DNA of 64,000 nt from Octopus vulgaris. Taxonomy: Eukaryota. Where the stretch lies: contig OX597828.1 in assembly GCA_951406725.2 (NCBI GenBank), positions 15,376,001-15,440,000 of the forward strand. Direction: 5' to 3'. Position numbers and translations under genes: made by a program. A model generated the notes under the pieces. The model ran no database searches. It saw only the letters and a program-made list of their open reading frames with translations, and had not been told where the DNA came from. This document shows positions 12,730 through 26,284 of the stretch, in pieces; within the stretch, counting starts at the first letter, position 1, and each line of letters starts with the position of its first letter.

Positions 12730-13020
12730 ATAATGGAGAATTCATCCCACCAAGAAACAGCAGCATGGAGATTTCCATCATTATAAGGGAATGGTGCTTG
12801 TTTTTCAGGACATTCCTGGAAAGTTAAACAAGGACTTGCAAGTGACCTGTTGCTGTGGATGCCAAAGTATGGCCATACTGGAGCAGGACATCTGAAAACA
12901 ACGTATGTAGATCAACTCATCAGAGTCAATGGATACCTCTTCAAAGACTTCCCTCAACTAATGCAGGACCGAGATGGATGGCATGTGAGGGTCAAAAATG
13001 TCTGAGCAAGCTATTCAATT
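12730..13020 (+). mobile_element. Decayed non-LTR retrotransposon C-terminal fragment (RTE/RTEX-like)
   Basis: Translates to HPTKKQ...FSGHSWKVKQGLASDLLLWMPKYGHTGAGHLKTTYVDQL...LMQDRDGWHVRV, the typical post-RT GH..R / GRP..TY.DQL / DR..W pattern. Confidence 0.7.
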
Positions 13021-14365
13021 CCAGTATATTACTGGTATGTATTTCTTTAAGCTCCGGCCATCACAGTGGTGGAACAGGAGAAACAACTCTTAACAGGATT
13101 TAAACTCTATGAATGTAAACCATGTGATTAATGATAATAATATATGCCCTGATGCAGTCCCCATGATGCAGTACCAGGCACTGGCTCACATGGTTTCTGA
13201 TCTTAACTGATTGGAAGTGTTATCAGGTACAGGTTTTGTCTTGGTATAAAAGATGGGCTACAACAAATATTCTGCTCAGTACCACAGATTTGCTTGTCAG
13301 TTGTTTGACTTTAAGCAGTTGAGCATGCCCCTTGGTGGCTGACAACATGTGCATCTCTGATCACAAGCACAAGTAGTTGGGGAGCATCATAGCCATGTGT
13401 TGAGAGGAGTTCTTTAGGGCTTGAATAATTCACCTCTGGAAACGTGTGTTTCACTCAACATCCTTAAACAAGCCTTATTCAGGGACCTTTTGAGTGGGAT
13501 GGGTGACTCAACCTGAAGAAAATTCTAACTGGGCCCCACCTGCAAGGTTAAGTGCTCTTTATCTTGATATGAGATCACTATGTCGTGCACATATGGTTGC
13601 GATGCATGGTGCCTGGTGTACTCTTATCAGATGGGTAGCTATGATGGTTATATTGGGCTTCGTATATTTTACTCCAGTGTCACTTTGATGGCATGTGCTG
13701 CTCAATAATAATAATGAAATATCTCACTCGATAATAATAATGAAATTATTCCATACAGTGTTCAGGTGCACTACAAGTTTTGTCAAAACTAATATTTCTA
13801 CTAAAGTGAAAATAAGTGAAAAAAATCTTCAGCGTCTATATAGAGAAACAACATAAGCAATGCCATTGATCTGAAACTTGAGAATGAATGTGTGTGTGTG
13901 TGTGTGTTTAGTGGAGGATTGTCAAATATTTGCAAAACAAACATAGCTACTGTGTCTGCTAAAAATATCATTTACAGATTTTCTAAATACTTTTGCATAC
14001 TTTAGCAATGAGATACAAATTCATAATAATTTTTAGCCTTTCCATTCAGCAGTAATTGCTTTTACGAGTAATTTTAATTTATTTTCTGTTTTTGTGTGTT
14101 TTTTTTTTAAATATAGCATATTCTTTTATTCTTTTACTTGTTTCAATCATTTGTTTGTGGCCATGCTGGAGCACTGCATCAAAGGGTTTTAGTTGAAGAA
14201 ATCGAGCCCAGGACTTATTCTTTGTAAGCCTAGTACTTATTCTATTGGTCTCTTTTGCCAAACCACTAAGTTATGGGGACATAAACACATCAGCATTGAT
14301 TGTCAAGCAATGGTGGGATGGAGGAAGAAACAGACACACACATAAATACATACATACACACACAC

Positions 14366-14411
<46 letters not shown>

Positions 14412-14970
14412 ACAATGGGCTTGTTTCACTCACAAGGCTTTGGTTGGCCCAAAGCTATAATAGAAGACACTTGCTCAAGGTGTCACATAGTGGGAATGAA
14501 CATGGAACCATGTGGTTGGGAAGCAAGCTTCTTACCACACAGCTATGAAGGTTATTCTTTTTTTTTTCTGGATTCAGTAATTGAACTGTGGCCATGCTGG
14601 AGCACTGCCTTTAAATTTCAGTTTGCACTGAATCCTCATAACCTTAGACAGAACTAATAGTTAATGTAGTTTTACTTTTCCCTTGACCCATAGCTACACT
14701 GAATATCATCTACACCAACTGCAACAGCATGTCTCTTACTTCTTATCTATTCCAAACACATTCAAATATTAGTTTTTATAATAGCAATTTTATCAGCAGA
14801 AGGAGTTTATTCAGTCTCAAAGGCTTACACTGAGAGTTTTAAGTACTAGATTAAAAGAGAGCGAGAAGGAAAAAAAAAGTAGGACTCTTATCTAATGCAC
14901 AAATACTAGGTTTTTTGGACAAACACATCATTATCATCATAATCATTATTTTTAATGTTCACTTTTTCCG

Positions 14971-15728
14971 CTGGATGTGTAATATCAGCGTGTATACACG
15001 ACAGAGTGTAAGTGCCCTGAGAGAAAAGTTGGACACGAGAAGCATCAGATGTGGTGTGCAAGAGAGACGACTGTGCAGGTATGGTCATATGTTGCAAATG
15101 GATGAGAACAGCTGTGTGAAAAAGTGTCACACCCTAGCAGTTTTGGAACCTGTGGAAGAGGTAGACCCAGGAAAACCTGGGACGAGGTGATGAAGCATGA
15201 CCTTCAAACATTGCGCCTCTCCGAGGCAATGACAAGTGACTGAGACCTTTGGAGATATGCAGTACTTGAGAAGACCCAGAAAGCCAAGTGAGACCATCAC
15301 TGTAGCTTATGCCAGTGCTTCATGACCAGCCCATTTAAGAGTACTCTTCAAATATTGGGCAATAATCTCTGCTTGTGAAGACCTGTTGAGGCAAGTGAAA
15401 TAATTGTCATGGCCAATGACAGTACTGCTTGACTGGCACATGTGCCAGTGGAACATTAAAAGCACCATTTGACATGATCATTGTCAGTGCTGCCTGTCTG
15501 GCTCCTGTACAGGTGGCACGTAAAAAGTACCATTTGAGTGTGGTCAATGCCAGTACCGCCTGACTGGCCCTTGTGCCGGTGGCACGTTAAAGCACCCAAT
15601 ACACTCTCGGAGTGGTTGGCATTAGGAAGAGCATCCAGCTGTAGAAACTTTGCCAGATCAGATTGGAGCCTGGTGCAGCCTTCTGGCTCACAAGCCCTCA
15701 GTCAAACTGTCGATGATGATGATGATGA
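14971..15728 (+). mobile_element. 5'-truncated RTE-clade LINE: C-terminal ORF remnant, 3' UTR and (GAT)n tail
   Basis: RWMCNISV...LREKLD...VQERRLCRYGHM...CGRGRPRKTWDEVMKHDL runs directly into the gtgccggtggcacgtaaaaagcacc repeat region and a GAT tail. Confidence 0.85.
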
Positions 15729-17554
15729 CTTTTCCATGCTTACATGGGTCAGACAGAATATGTTGTTGCAGATTTTCTACAGCTGGATGCTCTTTCTGTT
15801 GCCAACCCTCATTTGTTTCCAAGTAAGGTAACATTTCCTCATGACAGGACATGTTTTCATGGAAGACTGGAAACAACACAACCTGTATGATGATGATACT
15901 CATCTACAACAACCATGTGATATCAAGACGAGGAAGTGCAATAACACATACACACACACATCACTCTGTGTGTGTGTGCATGCATGTGATTTGTTTCAGT
16001 CATCAAACTGTGGCCATGCTGGGGCACTGCCTTGAAGGGTTTTAGTTGAATGAATCAACTCCAGTACTTAAATTTGTAAAAGCTTGGTACTTATTCAATC
16101 AGTCTCTTTTGCTTAACTGCTATGTCACAAGGCCATAAGCAAACCAACACCAACTGTCAAGCAGTGGTGGGTGGGCAAGCACAAATACACACATATTATA
16201 TATCAGACTTTCTTTTTTAGCTTCTTACCTACCAAATCTACTCACAAGGCATTGGTCACTTATTTCTTATTTCTTTACTGCCCACAAGGGGCTACATGCA
16301 GAGAGGACAAACAAGGACAGACAAAGGGATTAAGTCGATTATATTGACCCCAGTGCATAACTGGTACTTATTTAATCAACCCTGAAAGGATGAAAGGCAA
16401 AGTCGACCTCGGCAGAATTTGAACTCAGAACGTAACAGCAGATGAAATACTGCTATGTATTTCGTCCGGCATGCTAACGTTTCTGCCAGCTTGCCACCTT
16501 GGTCACTTGGTCAACCTAGGGCTATAGTTGGAAACACTTGTTCAAGGTGCCATGAAGTGGGACTGAACCCAACACCACGTGGTTGAGAGTGGAGGCACAT
16601 GGCCTAGTGATTAGAGTAGCGGACTCGCGGCCAAGGGGATCACGGGTTCGAATCTCAGACCGGGCGATGTGTGTGTTTATGAGCGAAACACCTGAGCTCC
16701 ACGCAACTCCGGCAGAAGGTAATGGCGACTCTTTTGCCACAACTTACTCTCACTCTTTCCTCCTGCATCTTGCAGCTCACCTGCGACGGACCGGCGTTCC
16801 GTCCAGGTGGGGAACCTATATGTCAAGGAAACCGGGAAACTGGCCCTTCTGAGTCAGGCATGGCTCGAGAAGGAACAAACATGTGGTTGGGAAGCAAACT
16901 TCTCAACCAAACAGCCATGCCTGCACCGCATGGCTTTAAAAATTCTTATTAATGGCTTACTTCTTTGAGGACTACCAAGGTCTCAAACATGGTATTGATG
17001 TTATTTGTGAGGGTTACTGCCACACCCTTTTGCTAGCATAAGGTGGAAGAGAGATGTATGTCTTCCTGGAATAGGCAATCACTAGCACTATTGATTCTCT
17101 TAAAGAGCTAATGAGCCTCTATATAGTTGCTTGATGTATTAGAAACAACAAGCAAATCTTCCTCGGGTCATACACACCCTAAGATCCTCTCAAAAAAAAT
17201 AAAAAATAAAGGGAAGGAAGGAAGTACAAACTGGATAATGTAGCCATAGACTATACTTATGCTTGAATAAAAAATAAGATACCAAAGAGTGAAATACCTT
17301 TGATAACTAAGCTGAGGAGGAGGGGAGGAGGAAAAAGAGAAAGAAGAGAAGGAAGGAGGAGGAGAAAAGGAAAAGGATGATGATGATGATGAAACCTACT
17401 ATACTAACAACAAAGGGCTAAACACTATCAAGGTCCAGTTGAATTACAGAGACATAATATCAACATGATGAGACACAAAAAATAAAGTAGCAACGCAAAC
17501 AAACGAACGAAAAAGCTTCATAATGTTTGAATGGAGTTAATTTGAAATACCAAC

Positions 17555-17667
17555 CTTTACCCAAAAATGGCATAGTACTAGTAATGTCATTAGTATTTTC
17601 TCAATGATCATAACTAGAATGTAGAGACCACACTGACCTATCCAAGCATTGCATTGCGGTGGTCTTC
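17555..17667 (-). CDS. STIMATE: STIMATE exon (113 nt; RPPQCNAWIGQCGLYILVMIIEKILMTLLVLCHFWVK, phase 1 to 0)
   Basis: Acceptor tttctcttgcag, donor gttggt; an alternative gtaaag donor lies 6 nt upstream. Motif PxQCxAWxGQCxLYI...EK. Confidence 0.92.
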
Positions 17668-17895
17668 CTGCAAGAGAAAGAAAAATAGAGAGATAAGAAA
17701 ATAGAGATATGGAAAATAGCATGTTTTTCTATCAAATGTACATTAACAAAATGATAGGTAGGTTAGACTACAGGTTAACATAAATTTCTTAGCTTCTTCC
17801 ATTATATTGATGTTAATATACAAAAGAACACATTTATTATGAAAGGAAAAAACAGTGTCTTAATTACAAATGGATGTTTAAATTTTATATAGATA

Positions 17896-18282
17896 TAGGC
17901 GCAGGAGTGGCTGTTTGGTAAGTAGCTTGTTTACCAACCACATGGTTCCGGGTTCAGTCCCACTGCATGGCATCTCGGGCAAGTGTCTTCTGTTATAGCC
18001 TCGGGCTGACCAATGCCTTGTGAGTGTATTTGGTAGACGGAAACTGAAAGAAGCCTGTCGTATATATGTATATACACATGTATGTGTGTGTATGTTTGTC
18101 CCCCTAGCATTGCTTGACAACCGATGCTGGTGTGTTTACGTCCCCGTCACTTAGCGGTTCGGCAAAAGAGACCAATAGAATAAGTCCTGGGCATACAAAG
18201 AATAAGTCCCGGGGTCGATTTGCTCGACTAAAGGCGGTGCTTCAGCATGGCCGCAGTCAAATGACTGAAACAAGTAAAAGAG
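17896..18282 (+). mobile_element. tRNA-derived SINE family A (CORE-like), intact copy
   Basis: A-box-like tggctgtttgg, B-box-like ggttcagtccc, CORE-like gggcaagtgtctt, central (TA)/(TG) tract and gtaaaaga tail. More than 20 copies or fragments in the window. Probably related to octopus OR-type SINEs (inference). Confidence 0.9.
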
Positions 18283-18954
18283 TAGACCCTGTTTTAATTA
18301 TTGTTTCATTAAATTTCGTTTTTTTTTGGCACTTATTCAATGTAAATATTTGTGTACTGTTTGTACATTTTTAATTTATCCAATTGCATTTCAGTTATAT
18401 TTTGTATAACATTTTTCAACTTTCGCCTTGCTTTTATTAGTATGTCAGACAAAGTGCTTAGCTGCATTTCTTATGGATCCTTATGTTCTGAGTTCAAATC
18501 CATGAAGGTTGACTTTGCCTTTTATCCTTTTGGAGTCAATAAAATAAGTAGCAGTTCAGTACTGACATTAATGTAAGCAACTATCCCCCTCCATTATAGC
18601 TGCTGGCCTGGTGCCGAAATTTGAAACCATTATTATTAGTATCATGACAAGTGCTGTCATTTGTTTCCCGTCTTCTATGAAAACATGTTTGGCCATGAGA
18701 AAATATTACCTTGTTTGAAAACAGGTGATGGTTTGGTGACAGGAATGGTATCTGGCCACTAGAAATTTGCTTCTCGTAAATTCTGTCTGAAAAGTGGACA
18801 TTAAATGGCAACAAGGGTGAGAGTATATCCATTCAACCCTGCCATTCTTATTGTTCTCATCAATATTTTAAACTTGAGAAACTGGCTTTCTCAAATGCCT
18901 TGGAGGCTCTTTAGAGGTTGTGGATAATTTCTACTACCTAGAGGACCTAATTAG

Positions 18955-19720
18955 TAGAGGGGGAGGATGCATGGAAAGTGCAAATGTTAGAATAAGAATA
19001 GGAGGAGGAAATTCAGAGAGCTTTTACCATTGTTGGCAACCAAAGGTCTCTCTCACTCTGAGTGAAAGTAAGATTGTATGACACATGTATATGAACAGCA
19101 ATGCTACATGGTAGTGAGACATGGACCCTGAAAGCTGAGGATATGCAAAGACTAGAAAAGAATGAAACTAGAATGCTCTGCTGGGTGTGCAATATCTGTA
19201 TATGTGTGATGGAGTACTACTGTTTTGAGAGGAATTAAAAGGAATTAGATGTCGTGTGTAAGAGAGAAAACTGTGCTGGTTTGGTCGTGTGATGTATATG
19301 AATGTAGACAGTTGCATACAGAAGTGCTGACTGATTATTTAGAATAGATAGAACTCATGGAAAAGGGTGACCCAGGAAGACATGAGGTGAAAGCTGATCT
19401 CAAGACAGTGAGCCTTATGAAGAAGATGACAAAGGCTGAAACATCTGGCACCATGGTGAATTCATGAAGGCCTATCCACCACAACAAAATTGATACTGGT
19501 GTTGGTGCCACATAAAAAAGCACTGGTGCCATGTAAAAAGCACTGGTGATGGTTCCACATAAAAAGCACCCAATACACTCTATGAAGTTGCTGGTGATAG
19601 GAAGGATATCCAACTGTAGAAACCATGCCAGAACAGACAATGAATCCTGGTGTGGCCCTCCAGGCTTTGTCAGCTCCTGTCAACCCATACCAGCATGGAA
19701 GACAGAGGTTAAATGATGAT
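18955..19720 (+). mobile_element. Older 5'-truncated RTE-clade LINE
   Basis: Frameshifted KFRELLPLLATKGLS...LHGSETWTLKAEDMQRLEKNETRMLCWVCNI...WFGRV, then the same type of 3' UTR ending gttaaatgatgat. Confidence 0.85.
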
Positions 19721-19944
19721 TTCAAACATACTAGAAGGAAGCATCTCATGACAATTTCAAACAACAAATATTCACATACTGAATCTAGGGAAGATATGTA
19801 TTTAAACTTTCATCATAACAAAATCTGTTTCCTTGCTCTAATTAGTTCCACTTAACTTAATTGTACCAACTTAAAGATTCGAAACAAAAAGGTCAGATGT
19901 CAAATGAAACAGTAAAGCTAAGAGGACTGAGGTTGGTGGCTTTC

Positions 19945-19986
<42 letters not shown>

Positions 19987-20078
19987 ACTTACATATTTTA
20001 GATATTCTTATGACAAAGAATATCTAGTTACAACTGTGCGTGAGTGTACATACAAAATACATGTATGTGTGTGTATGA

Positions 20079-20123
<45 letters not shown>

Positions 20124-20337
20124 ATGAATACACATACAAACATATATGTGTATGAAGGTTTATGTTTATGTGAGGTTTTATTTAAAAACAGTTTAACATT
20201 AAATGAAGGATCACTCAATGGCTTTTTGGCAGAGTACATGTTTATTAATTTTTACAAGAGAAGCGTAGATAGTGACTTTGCAGTTTAGGTTAATTAGCAA
20301 TTATCAGTTTGTGTTTCACTTTGATTTTTTTTCAGGC

Positions 20338-20369
<32 letters not shown>

Positions 20370-20990
20370 CAATACAACTACTTACTGAACTGTAATACTG
20401 GAAACAAGCAAATGTGCTTCAAGAGGACACAGCTTAGATTTTACCCTACCAACATAATACATACACACACACACACAAATGCTTTTGTTTGTGACTGAGT
20501 ATCCTTTGGCAGGTGAAGTAATGTAAATGAAAATTCATTCTTGAATGTGGTGTCTCAGCATGGCTGTAGTCCAATGATGGAGGTCAGTAAAAGAATAATG
20601 ATGTATGTGTATATGTGTTTAAATATATATATATATATACTTACAAACGTGTATATGCTTGTGAGCTTGGATAATATATACATTCATATTTTGGAAGATA
20701 TGTCTAAGATTCCTCTCTTCCATTTTATTTTGAATTTCATGTTAAGTGCTTTTAGTGAGAAATACCTTGTATTTAGATGAATTGAGGTGTGTATTGTGAA
20801 GTACATGTATATGTACTGCTTGACGCCTGACCTATAGTAGACACTAAGTGAGGTTTACTACTGAGGAGGCAACAACAATGCTGAAACACTATCGGTCTCT
20901 TTTGCCAAACCACTAAGTTATGGGAGTTGTAAACATACCAACGGCAGTTGTGAAGCAAAGGTTGGGAGGGGGGAACACAGACACACAAAT

Positions 20991-21021
<31 letters not shown>

Positions 21022-23145
21022 TGTACATACATACAACGGGCTTCTTTCAGTTTCTGTCTACCAAAGGAGACACTTGCCCAAGGTACCACGCAGTGGGACT
21101 GAACCTGGAACCATGTGGTTGGGAAACAAGCTTCTTACCACACAGCCACTTCGGCACCTATATTCTTTTACTTGTTTCAGTCATTTAACTGCAGTCATGC
21201 TGGAGCACCACCTTTAGTTGAGCAAATTGACCCCAGGACTTATTCTTTATAAGCCTAGAACTTATTCTGTCAGTCTCTTTTGCCAAACCGCTATGTTACA
21301 GGGACATAAACACACCAGCATCGGTTGTTAAGCGATGTTGGGGGAACAAACACAGACACACAAACATATACACACAAATACATATATATACAACGGGCTT
21401 CTTTCAGTTTCCATCTACCAAATTCACTCTCAAAGCTTTGGTCGGCCTGAGGCCATAGTAGGAGAGACTTGCCCAAGGGGCCACGCAGATTGAACCCGGA
21501 ACCCCAAGGTGTCATGCAGATTGAACCCGGAACCCAGAACCATGTGGTTTTGTTAAAATACTATACCTTTGGTATTTGAGTACTCTTTTTTCCACCTTGT
21601 TTCACATTTATGTGCTTACTCTGGTGTGTATGTGTGTGTGAAGGCACATGAGTGTTGAGTTTACGATCGTGAGGTTGTGAGCTCGAATCCCAGACCGGGC
21701 TGCGTGTTGTGTTCTTGAGCAAGACACTTTATTTCACTCAGTTCACTCAGCTGTAGAAATGAGTTGCAACGTCACAGGTGCCAAGCTGTATCAGCCTTTG
21801 CCTTTCCCTTGGATAACATTGGTGGCCTGGAGAGGGGAGGCCGGTATGCATGGGCGACTGCTGGTCTTCCATAAACTACCTGGCCCGGACCTGTGCCTTA
21901 GAGGGTAACTTTCTAGGTGCAATCCCATGGTCTGTGTTGTGACTGAAGGGGGTCTCAGAATATTTATATATATATATATATATATATGATGAACTTTCCT
22001 GTTGATGGTGACATGTAAGCGCTCAGATTCTTTTGCAGAATGACCTGTACAAATTATTTGATTATAGTGATCACATGTTCATGCCACATATTAGCCTCCT
22101 CCCTCAATCAAATCAACATTGCCAGAACAGGTGCATGGTGTGCCACGTGTCAGGTGTCAAAGTGATCGCAGAGTAACGTGAGATGAAGTTTTGTTCAGGA
22201 ACACAATGTACCACCTAGTCTAGGAATTGAAATCACAGTTGCTAGATCATGAGAGCAATACCCTAACCACTAAGCCATACGCCCTCACACACACAAATAT
22301 ATATTCATAGATAGACATCAACATCAAAAATCAAATGGAAATTGTAGTTGTGATCCCTGTACCGGTGACACGTAAAAGCACCATCCAAATGTGGCTGATG
22401 CCAGCGCCGCCTCGACTGGCTTCCATGCCGGTGGCATGTAAAAAGCACCAACCGATCGTGGCCGTTGCTAGTCTCGCCTGGCACCTGTGCCAGTGGCATG
22501 TAAAAAGCACCCACTACACTCACGGAGTGGTTGGTGTTAGGAAGGGTATCCAGCTGTAAAAACACTGCCAGATCAGACCGGAGCCCGGTGCAGCCTCCTG
22601 GTTTCCCAGATCCCAGTCGAACCGTCCAACCCATGCTAGCATGGAAATCGGATGTTAATAGATGATGATGATGATGAGGAGGAGGAGGAGGAGACAGGCA
22701 AATAGATAGATAAATACACACACATAGAATATCTGTGATAGGAACCTGAGTAATTTCTATTATAAATATAAGCACAACAACACAGAAGCCATTGCACTGT
22801 GTGTGTGTGTGTGTGTGTGTGTACACATCTCTCGGACATTTATCTATTGTATGAATGTAGAATGTATGGCTAAAACACAATAGCATCTAAGTCATTTTTT
22901 CCAAAGTACAAAGCGATTCTATCCTTAATCTTAATCTGAGCAGATTAAACTCAGATTGGATAAATATTACACATGTCCTATGTAAACCAAGTTTTTCTTT
23001 CTAATGTTTTGCTGTCAATGAATAGGTGCAGGCATGGATAAGTGAGTCCATTCTGCAACTGCATGGGTGCAGGTTTATTACCAGTGCATTGTATTTTGAG
23101 CAACTATAGAGTTTGCTATGTTGTTCTTCTCAGGTCAACCAATGC

Positions 23146-23328
23146 TGAGTGAGTGAGTGAGTGAGGAGTGAGTGAGTGAGTGAGTGAGGAGTGAGTGAGT
23201 GAGGAGTGAGTGAGTGAGGAGTGAGTGAGTGAGTGAGTGAGGAGTGAGTGAGTGAGTGAGTGAGTGAGTGAGTGAGTGAGTGTGTGAGTGAGGAGTGAGT
23301 GAGTGAGTGAGTGAGTGAGTGAGTGAGT

Positions 23329-23369
<41 letters not shown>
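23146..23369. repeat. (GAGT)n microsatellite with GAG interruptions, then (GA)n
   Basis: Read directly from the sequence. Confidence 0.95.
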
Positions 23370-23370
<1 letters not shown>

Positions 23371-23532
23371 ATTTATCTTTAATCTTTTACTTGTTTCAGT
23401 TATTGGACTGCAGCCATGCTGGGGGACTGCCTTGAAGGGGTTGTTTTAGTTGGACAAATCAGTCCCAGCAGCAGCACCCATTCTACCATCCACCATCAAT
23501 AATAATAAATAACAATTAACTACAACAACAAC

Positions 23533-23568
<36 letters not shown>

Positions 23569-23850
23569 CATCATCATCATCATCGTTTAACATCCGTTTT
23601 CCATGCTAGCATGGGTTGGATTGTTCGACCGGGGTCTGGGAAGCCAGGAGGCTGCACCAGGTTTCAGTCTGATCTGGCAGTGTTTCTACAGCTGGATGCC
23701 CTTCCTAACACCAACCACTCCGTGAGTTTAGTGGGTGCTTTTTACGTGCCACCGGCATGGAAGACAGTAAAGGCAGCGCTGGCATCGGCCATGTTCGGAT
23801 GGTGCTTTTTATGTGCCACCGGCACAGGTAGTAATAATAATAATAATAAT

Positions 23851-24298
23851 CCTTTCTACTATAGGCACAAGGCCTGGATTTTTGTGGGGAGAAGGACAAT
23901 CGATCTCAACAACCCCAGTACTTGACTGGTACTTAATTTATCAACCCTGAAAGGACGAAAGGCTAAGTCAACCTCAGCAGAATTTGAACTCAGAATGTAA
24001 AGATGAATGAAATGCCACTAAGCATTTTGTCCGGCATGCTAACGATTCTGCCAGTTTGCTGCCTTAATAATAATCCTTTCTACTGTAGGTACAAGGCCTG
24101 AAATTTAGGTGGGGTGGGGGCAGTTGATTACATCAACTTCAGTGTTTCACTGGTACTTAATTTATCAACTCTGAAAGGATGAAAGGCAAAGTTGACCTCA
24201 GCAGAATTTGAACTCAGAATGTAAAGCCTGATGAAATGCCGCTAAGCATTTCATCCAGCATGCTAACAATTTTGCCAGCTTACCACCTTAATAATAAC

Positions 24299-24334
<36 letters not shown>

Positions 24335-24545
24335 CTCAAGTTTTGGCATGAGGTTAGCAATTTGAGGGGAGGGGGTAAGTTGGTTACATTGACCTCAATG
24401 TTCAACTGGTATTTTTTTTACCAACCTCGAAAGGATGAAAGGCAAAGTGAACTTTGGTGGAATTAGAACACAGGACGTAAAGATGGACGAAATGCCAAAA
24501 ATCATTTTGCCTGGCATACAAATGATTCTGCCAGCTCACTACCTT
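23851..24545 (-). mobile_element. Three tandem SINE family B copies separated by (AAT)n
   Basis: Units at about 23851-24065, 24073-24290 and 24335-24545, each with aaggatgaaaggcaaagt and gaatttgaactcagaa. Ends about 100 bp from the 24647 exon donor. Confidence 0.85.
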
Positions 24546-24646
24546 AAAAATAATAATAATAATAATGATAATGATGATGATGATGATGATGGTGGTGGTG
24601 ATGATGATGATGATGATGAAAATAAAACAACAAAAATAATATTTAC

Positions 24647-24768
24647 CATATTCTCCAAAACGTAAACTCTCCCATCCTTTCCGAAGAGCAAGCCATTGGC
24701 CAATTTTAAGCCCTATGTATATCACAAGTAAACCCACTGTGGAGTCAAGCAAAAAACTAACAAAATAC
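24647..24768 (-). CDS. STIMATE: STIMATE exon (122 nt; YFVSFLLDSTVGLLVIYIGLKIGQWLALRKGWESLRFGEYG, phase 2 to 1)
   Basis: Acceptor ctatttccag, donor gtaaat. Motifs FLLDxTVG and WESLRFGEYG. Lies inside ORF 24402..24896. Confidence 0.95.
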
Positions 24769-25639
24769 CTGGAAATAGAATGAAAACAAACAATTAAAAA
24801 ACAGTACAAAAACACAAAAACCAACAAAGAAAACAAACAGCTCCCATCCATTCTGAACTGGTCTTTGAGTACCATTTGTAAAGTTCCCTCTATCATAATT
24901 ATTTAAACAAAACCTACCCAGCCACAACAGGTGATCTCTTGAATAATGACTTTTTGTTTGATAAAGACTGTAGTGTGTAAGTTTGAGAATTGGCTGCTAT
25001 TTCTAGCTGACTGAGCAACTATGTAATAGAGGTTCCTTCGCCAGTTCAATGAATATAGTATTAATGTGGTCCAGGGAACACTCTTCCTGGGGAGTAGGGA
25101 GAAACGGAGTGGATGATCAGGGTCTGAATGAGGCAGAGGTTTGGGTGTGTGGTTAAGAAGCTTGCTTTGCAACCACATGGACTTAGGTTCATTCCCAAAG
25201 CATGGCATCATGGGTAAGTGTCTTCTACTATAGCCCTGGGCCAATCAAGCTTGTGAGTGAATTTGGTAGACAGAAACTGAGTAGAAGCTTGTTGCGTGTG
25301 TGTGTGTGTATATAGGTGTGTGTGTGTGCATGAGAGGAGGAAAGAGAGTTTGTGTCTGTTTGCCACTCCACCCATGTTTGACAACTGATGTTGGTTTGTT
25401 TACATTCCTGGAACTCAGCAGTTCAGCTAAAGGGCTCAACAGAATAAGTACAAGACCTTAAAAAAAAATAATTAAATACTGGGATCAATTTGTTTGACTA
25501 AACTTTTCAAGGCTGGGCCACAGCAGGATCGCAGTCCAAGCGATGAAACAAGTGTGTATGTATATGTGTGTGTGTGTGTGTATGTATATATGTGTGTATA
25601 TATATATATATGTGTGTGTGTGTGTGAGTGTGTATGTGT

Positions 25640-25927
25640 GTGGAGGTGCAATGGCCCAGTGGTTAGGGTAGACTCGCGGTCGTAGGATCGCGGTTTCGAT
25701 TCCCAGACCAGGCGTTGTGTGTTTTTATTGAGCGAAAACACCTAAAAGCTCCACGAGGCTCCAGCAGGGGGTGGTGATCCCTGCTGTACTCTTTCACCAC
25801 TCTTTCTCTCACTCTTTCGTCTGTTGGCCTGCTCGCTTAGCCAGCGGGGTGGCGTCATTCAAAGGCTAAAACAATGCGAATGCATTGTGACCAGTGATGT
25901 GTAGCAATATCTGATGGTCTGGTCGGT

Positions 25928-25934
<7 letters not shown>
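25640..25934 (+). mobile_element. tRNA-derived SINE family C
   Basis: Head ggaggtgcaatggcccagtggttagg...ggtttcgattccc, ending ggtcggtcacgtga. Close copy at 46677-46954(+). Same head with different tails at 6810-7108(-) and 16589-16880(+). Confidence 0.85.
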
Positions 25935-25995
<61 letters not shown>

Positions 25996-26027
25996 TCAGT
26001 AAAACAACATATATATATATATATATA

Positions 26028-26244
26028 TACTCTTTTACTTGTTTCAGTCATGTGACTGTGGCCATGCTGGAGCACCGCCTTTAGTCAATCAAATCGAACC
26101 CAGGACTTATTCCTTGTAAGCCTAGTACTTATTCTATCGGTCTAGTATGCTGAACTGCTAAGTTACGGGGACGTAAACACACCAGCATTGGTTGTCAAGC
26201 GATGTTGGGGGGACAAACACAGACAAACATACACACAGACATAG

Positions 26245-26284
<40 letters not shown>

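Noticed and set aside
13141-13740. 600-bp block ending in (TAA)n, possibly a retroelement 3' end
   Set aside because: Single copy in the window with no coding motif, so no class can be supported.
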